NCBI GenBank assembly: GCA_041690135.1
Contig: JAWLHY010000005.1
Location: 1-64,000 of the forward strand
DNA from: Armatimonadota bacterium
Lineage (GTDB): Bacteria; Armatimonadota; SYMT01
Direction: 5' to 3'
DNA length: 64,000 bases
The translations under genes were made by a program, and so were the position numbers. Below the pieces are notes generated by a model. It was not told the origin of the DNA, searched no databases, and saw only the letters and a list, made by a program, of their open reading frames with translations. How positions within the stretch are numbered: position 1 is the stretch's first letter; the number at the start of each line of letters is the position of its first letter. Of this stretch, positions 57,755 to 64,000 are shown one piece after another.

Positions 57755-57823
57755 GTTGCCGCTCGGGAGGGGCCAACCGGCAAATTGCGTCCGGCGTCGT
57801 ACGCCTCTCGAACGCCGGAGCTC

Positions 57824-59227
57824 ATGTCGGAAAAAGTCGCGCTTATCAATCTCGGTTGTCCCAAAAACCTCGTCGATTCGGAGGTAATGCTGGGCCACCT
57901 GCGCGCGGAAGGCTACGAGTTGACCACCGACGTGAATGCGGCGGATGTCGTGGTGGTGAACACCTGCGGGTTTCTCGAAGCTTCCGCCCAGGAGTCGGTC
58001 GATACGCTTCTCGCCGCTGCCCAGCGCAAGAAGGAAGGGCACCTCCGCGCGGTGATTGCCGCCGGCTGCATGACCCAACGCTACGGCGAGGATGTTGCCG
58101 AGGCCATGCCGGAGGTCGACGGCTTCCTCGGGGTAGGCCAGGCCCACTCGCTGCCGGAAGTCGTACGCCGCGTGCTCACCGGCGAGCGCGCCTCGATCCT
58201 CACCGGGCCCAGTGCCGGCTTTGAGGGCTACGGCCTGCGCCTTCAGGCGACCGCCGGCCACACGGCCTACCTCAAGATCTCCGAAGGCTGCGACCGGAAG
58301 TGTGCCTTCTGCATCATCCCGCAGATTCGCGGAGGCATGGTCAGCCGCTCCGTCCCGGACCTGGTTCGCGAAGCGCGTCTTCTGGCGGCCCAGGGCACTC
58401 GCGAATTGATCCTCATCGGACAGGACCCCACCCGGTACGGCGTCGATCTGGGCGGGCACCAGCTGGCGGATCTTCTGGCCCAGCTCAACGAGATCGAGGA
58501 ACTGCGCTGGATCCGGGTGATGTACCTTTTCCCCGATCGCCACGTGGAGCCGGTGCTGGAGGCGGTCGCCTCCCTGCCGAAGGTTTGCAAGTACCTCGAT
58601 ATGCCGTTCCAGCACGCTTCCGCGGAGGTGCTGAGAACGATGAACCGGCCGGGAGGCGGGCAGGACTACCTGCGCCTTCTGACGAAACTACGCGAAACCT
58701 GTCCCGATATCTCTATCCGTTCGACGTTCATTGTCGGATTCCCCGGAGAAACGGACGAGCACTGCCGCGAGTTGGCCGCCTTCCTGCGGGAAGCGCAGCT
58801 CGATTGGGTGGGAATGTTCCGTTATTCCCGCGAGGAAGGCACCCCGGCGGCCGAAAGAGCCCGCCAGGTGCCGCGTCGCGTCAGCCGCCAGCGGTACGAC
58901 CGGCTGATGCAGTTGCAGCAGAAGATCAGTGAACGGCGATTGAAGCGCTGGTTGGGCCGCACCGTCGAGGTGGTTGTCGAGGCGGTGAACGGCGCTTCCG
59001 GAGTCGGTAGAACCTCGGGCCAGGCACCGGAGATCGACGGGGAAACACGGCTCGACCTGACCGGGCTGCCGGAGACGCGCGTGGGAGACTTCGTTCTGGC
59101 CGAGGTGACCGGTTCCGGCACCTACGACCTCGAGGCCCGCGCGCTGTCGCTCGCGCACCGGCCCCCGCTCCGCAACCCCGGGTTGATCCAGATCGGATTG
59201 CCCGCCGGACCCAATGGATGGAAGTGA
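57824..59227 (+). CDS. rimO: Ribosomal protein S12 methylthiotransferase
   Basis: LGCPKNLVDSE, NTCGF, YLKISEGCDRKCAFC, GQAPEIDG TRAM domain. Confidence 0.95.
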   Translation: MSEKVALINLGCPKNLVDSEVMLGHLRAEGYELTTDVNAADVVVVNTCGFLEASAQESVDTLLAAAQRKKEGHLRAVIAAGCMTQRYGEDVAEAMPEVDGFLGVGQAHSLPEVVRRVLTGERASILTGPSAGFEGYGLRLQATAGHTAYLKISEGCDRKCAFCIIPQIRGGMVSRSVPDLVREARLLAAQGTRELILIGQDPTRYGVDLGGHQLADLLAQLNEIEELRWIRVMYLFPDRHVEPVLEAVASLPKVCKYLDMPFQHASAEVLRTMNRPGGGQDYLRLLTKLRETCPDISIRSTFIVGFPGETDEHCRELAAFLREAQLDWVGMFRYSREEGTPAAERARQVPRRVSRQRYDRLMQLQQKISERRLKRWLGRTVEVVVEAVNGASGVGRTSGQAPEIDGETRLDLTGLPETRVGDFVLAEVTGSGTYDLEARALSLAHRPPLRNPGLIQIGLPAGPNGWK

Positions 59228-59239
59228 GTAACGAACACC

Positions 59240-61189
59240 ATGACCGTGGAAGCCACGCTTTCGCCTGACCGGAATAGCGAAGACAACCTGCGCGCGCGCG
59301 CACTCGACGCAGTTCGCGGTGAGGCGCTGCTGACAATCCTGGAGTCGGATGAGCCGCTGCGGACGGCGGACGTCGCCCGGTCCGTAGCCGAGCGCCTGGA
59401 CCTGGAGTTGGGGGAAGAGGAACTGGGAGGTTTGGCGCAGATCGTGCGCATGGTCCTCGACAGCGATCCCCTCTTTTCGCAGGCGAACCGCCAGTGGGAT
59501 CTGGCCCTCCGCATGGGACGCGCGGAAGGCGACCGGCGGAAGCCCGTAGAGCGCGCTCTGATGGACTTCATCGATCTGGTGGGCCACCCGACCTATCCCC
59601 ACCCCATCGCCGTACTGGCCGCCGCCGTCTACGGTCGCCAGGCCGACTACTACGAGTCGATGCTCGACCGCCTGGTGGAAGCCGACCGGCACTTTTTCGA
59701 TGTTTCCGGCGGCCTGATCGGCCCAAGCCGGTGGCTCCTGGATATCACCGCGGGCGATTTGGAAGATGTCGAATGGGACAACTTCGAAGACGACACGCAA
59801 CTGCGTGCGCTCCGGGAAGTGGCCCGCGGGCTGGATGCGGGAGACCCCGCCGGGTATGCCCGGGCGATTGTGGAGAAGGCCGGCGTGGCCGACAACATCG
59901 CGCTGCAGTTCCTGATCTGGAGCAAGTTCTCGGATCTGGCCCCGGCGGAGATCTTCCGTCGCCTTTACCGGGATGCAGGGCTGGCCCTGGAGCGGGGACC
60001 GGTATGGGTCGTCGGCTCGGAACGGGAGCAGGTCCTCGATACAGTGCGGAGGATGACTCGGGAGACCGAAGAGCTCACCGAGCTCGTGGCCGCAACGGCG
60101 CCGGCCGAAGAAGAAGAGATCGGAATCCTGGCGCCCACGGCGGTCCGTGTCTCGGATGACGACCTGGACCAGGTCTATGAATACATGACCGACGAAGTGC
60201 GGAGCTACCGCGCCACGGAACTCTGCCAGCAGGCACTGGAGGCGTTCCCCGGCAGTCGCACCTACGCCGGCGTCCACGAGTCGCTCATCTCCCGGCTGAA
60301 AGAGGACCCTCGCTTCGTGTGGGTGGGCGCGGAGCGGTTCCGCCTGGATGGCTCGATCCCGCCGGAGGTGGAAGCCCTCCCCGAAGGTCTTACCTTCGAC
60401 GAGCGGGCCTACCGCGTGGATGAAGAAGGCGAGACGGAGCGGGTGCTCGACGTTCAGGATTGGAAATTCAACCTGGACGAGCAGGTCCAGCACTATCTCG
60501 TGCAGGATATCGGCGACGACAGCAGCCCCCGTCCCACCTCCACCCCGACCAGCCTGGTCACCAGCCCGCCGCTGCACCATTATGTGGCCGGTACGCTCTA
60601 CCTGCGGAACTCGGACCGGGGTTTCTTCCCGGCGCAGCCCGACGTGGTGCAGGTGACGCTGAACGTGGGTGAGAACCGGTTCGACGTGTGGGTGAACAAC
60701 CGGTTGGGCCTGGTGTTCGGTCTGAAGGAGTGGTATGAGGCGAACCTGCCGTGGGTCGGTGGTCGTCTCACTTTTGGACGCGGGGAGCAACCCGACGAGT
60801 ACCAGCTGAGTTACGGCGGCGATACGGAGCCGCTGATGGATATCCCGCTGGAGCGGCTTCAGCAGCTCCTCGCGCTGCGCGCGGAAGCGGAGTCCGCGGC
60901 CATCTCCATGTCCGACCTGGTGCAGCGTCTGCTGAAAGACCGGCCTGAAGGTGCCCACTTCGTGACGCTGTTCACCGAGCTCAACATCGTCCGGAGATCG
61001 CGGCGTGCCCAGTTGGCCAGCGCCCTCTCGGCCCAGCGCTACTTCACGCAGAATCCGCAGGAGCCGGGAATCTGGCACTACGACGAGAAGCGTGCCCAGA
61101 AGACGAAGGGCAAGAAGAAGGGTGGTCCTCGCCGGCCGATGCGCGAAATGTACGAAGAGGACGAGGACGAAGAGTTCGAGTACGAATAA
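59240..61189 (+). CDS. Large acidic hypothetical protein
   Basis: Co-oriented between rimO and gltX; host-like codons; Lys-rich then acidic C-terminus. Confidence 0.8.
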   Translation: MTVEATLSPDRNSEDNLRARALDAVRGEALLTILESDEPLRTADVARSVAERLDLELGEEELGGLAQIVRMVLDSDPLFSQANRQWDLALRMGRAEGDRRKPVERALMDFIDLVGHPTYPHPIAVLAAAVYGRQADYYESMLDRLVEADRHFFDVSGGLIGPSRWLLDITAGDLEDVEWDNFEDDTQLRALREVARGLDAGDPAGYARAIVEKAGVADNIALQFLIWSKFSDLAPAEIFRRLYRDAGLALERGPVWVVGSEREQVLDTVRRMTRETEELTELVAATAPAEEEEIGILAPTAVRVSDDDLDQVYEYMTDEVRSYRATELCQQALEAFPGSRTYAGVHESLISRLKEDPRFVWVGAERFRLDGSIPPEVEALPEGLTFDERAYRVDEEGETERVLDVQDWKFNLDEQVQHYLVQDIGDDSSPRPTSTPTSLVTSPPLHHYVAGTLYLRNSDRGFFPAQPDVVQVTLNVGENRFDVWVNNRLGLVFGLKEWYEANLPWVGGRLTFGRGEQPDEYQLSYGGDTEPLMDIPLERLQQLLALRAEAESAAISMSDLVQRLLKDRPEGAHFVTLFTELNIVRRSRRAQLASALSAQRYFTQNPQEPGIWHYDEKRAQKTKGKKKGGPRRPMREMYEEDEDEEFEYE

Positions 61190-61211
61190 GCCGTACGCGA
61201 GTAAACGCTTG

Positions 61212-62717
61212 ATGAGTGAAGCAACCAACCGGCCGGTGCGGACGCGGTTCGCACCCAGTCCCACCGGCCTGCCCCATATCGGAAATATCCGGACAGCTCT
61301 CTACAGCTGGCTTTTTGCCCGCCACCATGGCGGGCAGTTCGTCTTTCGGCTGGAAGATACGGACCGCGAACGGTACGACTCCCAGGCGGAAGAGGCTCTC
61401 TACAGCGCGTTCCGATGGCTCGGCCTGGATTATGATGAAGGTCCGAACATCGGCGGGCCGTATGGTCCCTATGTCCAGTCCGAACGGCTTCACCATTACC
61501 GGGAAGCGGCGGACCGGCTCATCGCCTCCGGGCATGCTTACAAGTGCTGGTGCAGCCGCGAGCGTATAGCCGAAGTGCGGGAGGCCCGGCAGAAGGCGAA
61601 TATCCATCCCCATGGCTATGACCGGCACTGCCGCGGCTTGAGCGAGGATGAGCGGCGCCGGCACGAAGAGTCCGGCGCGCCTTACGTGGTCCGCTTCGCC
61701 ATTCCGCTCGAGGGAGAGACCTCGTTCGAGGACGCAGTCCGTGGCCGGGTCACTTACCAGAACCGCGAGCTGGACGACCACGTGATCCTGAAGAGCGATG
61801 GGTTCCCCACCTATCAGCTCGCCAACGTGGTGGACGATCACCTGATGGCGATCACCCACGTTATCCGTTCCGAGGAGTGGATCCCGAGTACACCCCGCCA
61901 CGTGCTGGAGTATCAGGCCCTGGGTTGGGAGCCGCCGGTGTTTGCCCATCCGTCCCTCATCATGGGGCGCGACCCCAAGTCGGGTAAGGTGGTCAAGCTC
62001 AGCAAGCGGCATGGGGCGGTTTTCGTGGGCGAGTACGCGGACCAGGGTTTCTTGCCGGAGGCGCTGCTCAATTTCATTGCCCTGCTCGGCTGGGCTCCCG
62101 GCGGCGACCGCGAACTGATGAGCCGCGAGGAACTGGTGGAGCTCTTCTCGCTCGGCGGGCTCAGCAGTAGTCCCTCCGTGTTCGACTACGACAAGCTCCT
62201 CTGGATGAACGGCGTCTACCTTCGGCAGCTCAGCCGGGAGGAGCTGGTTGAGCGGGTCCTCCCCTATCTGCAGCAGGCGGGCTTGGTAGGTCAGGAACCG
62301 ACCGATGAAGAACTGGCTTATGTGACCCAGGTCCTGGCTCTCGAACAAGAGCGCCTGAAGACCCTGACCGAGGCCCCGGCCCTGACCGATTTCTTCTTCC
62401 AGGAGGAGCTAGCGTACGACGAAGCGGCGGTCAACAAGTGGCTGCGTCGTCCCTCGGCCGCCGGAGTGCTCGACGAGGTCATTTCGGGTCTCGAAACGCT
62501 CACTGACTGGAACCTGGAAGGGGTGGAGCGCGTGGTCCGAGGGGTGATTGAAAGCCGGGGCGTCAAGCCGGGTGAAGTCATCCACCCTACTCGCGTCGCC
62601 GCCACCGGCCGCACCGTGGGGCCAGGCCTTTTTGAGGCGCTGTGGGTGCTGGGTCGCGAGCGGGTGCTGCGACGTCTGCGCCATGCCCGCGAAACCTACG
62701 CGAGCACAGGAGAATAG
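61212..62717 (+). CDS. gltX: Glutamate--tRNA ligase
   Basis: RTRFAPSPTG-PHIG, EDTD, KSDGFPTY, KLSKRHG. Confidence 0.97.
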   Translation: MSEATNRPVRTRFAPSPTGLPHIGNIRTALYSWLFARHHGGQFVFRLEDTDRERYDSQAEEALYSAFRWLGLDYDEGPNIGGPYGPYVQSERLHHYREAADRLIASGHAYKCWCSRERIAEVREARQKANIHPHGYDRHCRGLSEDERRRHEESGAPYVVRFAIPLEGETSFEDAVRGRVTYQNRELDDHVILKSDGFPTYQLANVVDDHLMAITHVIRSEEWIPSTPRHVLEYQALGWEPPVFAHPSLIMGRDPKSGKVVKLSKRHGAVFVGEYADQGFLPEALLNFIALLGWAPGGDRELMSREELVELFSLGGLSSSPSVFDYDKLLWMNGVYLRQLSREELVERVLPYLQQAGLVGQEPTDEELAYVTQVLALEQERLKTLTEAPALTDFFFQEELAYDEAAVNKWLRRPSAAGVLDEVISGLETLTDWNLEGVERVVRGVIESRGVKPGEVIHPTRVAATGRTVGPGLFEALWVLGRERVLRRLRHARETYASTGE

Positions 62718-62719
62718 CC

Positions 62720-63436
62720 GTGCCGATTATCGATGCACACACACTGGTGGGAGCCTGGCCGCAGGCGGAAGTCGACCTTTCCCTAGAAGCCCTGGCTGCC
62801 GGGATGCAGTCGCGAGGGATCGGCCGTAGCCTGGTGACCCACGCCTCCGCCATGTTTTACGACATGGTCCAGGGCAACGATGAGCTCGTCAGGCTGTGTG
62901 GCCAGCACGAGCCGTTGGAGCCGGTGGCCGTACTGAACCCGCTTCAGTATCCGGCCTGCCTGGAAGAAGCTGATCGGCGTCGATCCGCTGGAGTGAAAGT
63001 CTTCCGGCTCTGCCCGCGGGAGCACGGTTATCCTTTCGCCGGGACGGTAGGGCCGCTTCGGGAGCTCTTGCGGCGGCTGGAGGGAACCAGGTTGCTGTTG
63101 GTGGACCTGGTAGGCCTGCCGGTGCCCCAGTTGGGTGCGGAAATGGAAGAGTTGCTTCCCGCTCCCACGGCGTTCACGGTGGAAAGCGATGCGTTGGGTC
63201 TCATCTTCCATGCCGCGAAGGAAGGCCCGAATGTGTGGGTGGAGACGTCGCGCCTGCAGGCGGGTGGGGCGATTGAGGCCGCCGTCCGGCACCTGGGAGC
63301 GGAGAGGGTCATCTTCGGTTCCGGCGCGCCCCTGCGTTCGCTGGGCGCCGCGATTACCACGCTACAGTTCGCGGAACTACCAGACGCCGACCGCGCCGCA
63401 ATCTTCGAGGGCAACGTCCAGCGCGTGCTGGCGTAG
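62720..63436 (+). CDS. Amidohydrolase-fold protein (degenerate)
   Basis: IIDAH, GNDEL, NVWVETS, LGAERVIFGSGAP, IFEGNVQRVL. Confidence 0.75.
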   Translation: MPIIDAHTLVGAWPQAEVDLSLEALAAGMQSRGIGRSLVTHASAMFYDMVQGNDELVRLCGQHEPLEPVAVLNPLQYPACLEEADRRRSAGVKVFRLCPREHGYPFAGTVGPLRELLRRLEGTRLLLVDLVGLPVPQLGAEMEELLPAPTAFTVESDALGLIFHAAKEGPNVWVETSRLQAGGAIEAAVRHLGAERVIFGSGAPLRSLGAAITTLQFAELPDADRAAIFEGNVQRVLA

Positions 63437-63447
63437 GAGAATAGCCG

Positions 63448-64000
63448 ATGCCGGGAGTGGATATCCTGATGCAGTTGGGCGCTTCGCCCTGGATGGACGT
63501 GGATGCCGCGCGGGTCCAGCGGGTGATGCAGCGAGCCCGCTTCGACCTGGTGGGTGTCGCCTCCCGGCGGGCGCTTGCCGGAGACATCGCGGCGGGAAAT
63601 GCCGAGACGAAGGGTCTACTGTCTTCCGTTCCGCAGGCGCGCGGTTGGGTGGTGGTGAACCCCACGTATCCTGAGCGGTCTGCCGAGGAGATGCGCCGGC
63701 ATCTCTCCAGTTCGCGCTGGCTGGGGGCGGTCATTCACCCGGGGATTGCCCGGGAGATGCTCACGTCGGCCTCCACACGGGAAGTGCTCAATGCCTATCG
63801 TCGTTATACGCGGCCGCTTTTGGTTCACATCCCCAATGGTGCGGCGGTTCGAGACTTGGAGGTTCTGGCGGCAGAATTCACGACCCTCAAGTTCATCGCC
63901 GCAGGCGCGGGTGGTGATGACTGGCAGGACTGCATGTACGCCGCGAAACGCTACGTGAACATCCACCTGGAACCTTTGTCGGGAGGCTCGCACCGCGGCA
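63448..64000 (+). CDS. Second amidohydrolase-like protein, truncated at the window edge
   Basis: Own translation: MPGVDILMQLG...GNAET...GWVVVNPTYPERSAEEM...PLLVH...NIHLE, open to the end of the window. Confidence 0.65.
   Translation, partial: MPGVDILMQLGASPWMDVDAARVQRVMQRARFDLVGVASRRALAGDIAAGNAETKGLLSSVPQARGWVVVNPTYPERSAEEMRRHLSSSRWLGAVIHPGIAREMLTSASTREVLNAYRRYTRPLLVHIPNGAAVRDLEVLAAEFTTLKFIAAGAGGDDWQDCMYAAKRYVNIHLEPLSGGSHRG

Noticed and set aside
57116-57823. N-terminal extension of RimO
   Set aside because: It overlaps the opposite-strand HI0933 gene, and a consensus promoter lies at 57726-57754, so the start is 57824.
58688-61264. 858-aa minus-strand ORF
   Set aside because: Antisense shadow of rimO and the downstream gene; no recognisable motifs.

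Overview
GC-rich bacterial chromosomal window. The combination of DUF1559/H-X9-DG prepilin, DUF1501, DUF1549/1553 and DUF1080 genes with a TraF-like barrel suggests Armatimonadota or a PVC-like lineage (inference). It carries housekeeping genes (topA, nfi, rimO, gltX, a Nif3-family gene), two toxin-antitoxin-like pairs, hpnD-hpnE, carbohydrate and peptide catabolic genes, an ECF sigma with a very large anti-sigma, three DUF1501 genes and a complete Wsp/ACF-type chemosensory operon. Main highlights: (1) an unannotated ~610-nt intergenic element (21573-22179) that folds into a long rod with an ornate multibranched tip and many G-U pairs favouring the + strand, a candidate novel large ncRNA, followed by a nested tandem-repeat array; (2) a thioredoxin/CxxCH/PDZ gene split by an in-frame UGA in a UxxC motif with a SECIS-like hairpin, a probable selenoprotein; (3) several dispersed repeat families, including GGA-rich hexamer tracts sitting at stop codons and a repeat-rich in-frame insertion in the DUF1553 gene. 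I recognised no tRNA, rRNA, CRISPR array or transposase. All calls are by eye; no database searches or folding programs were run.
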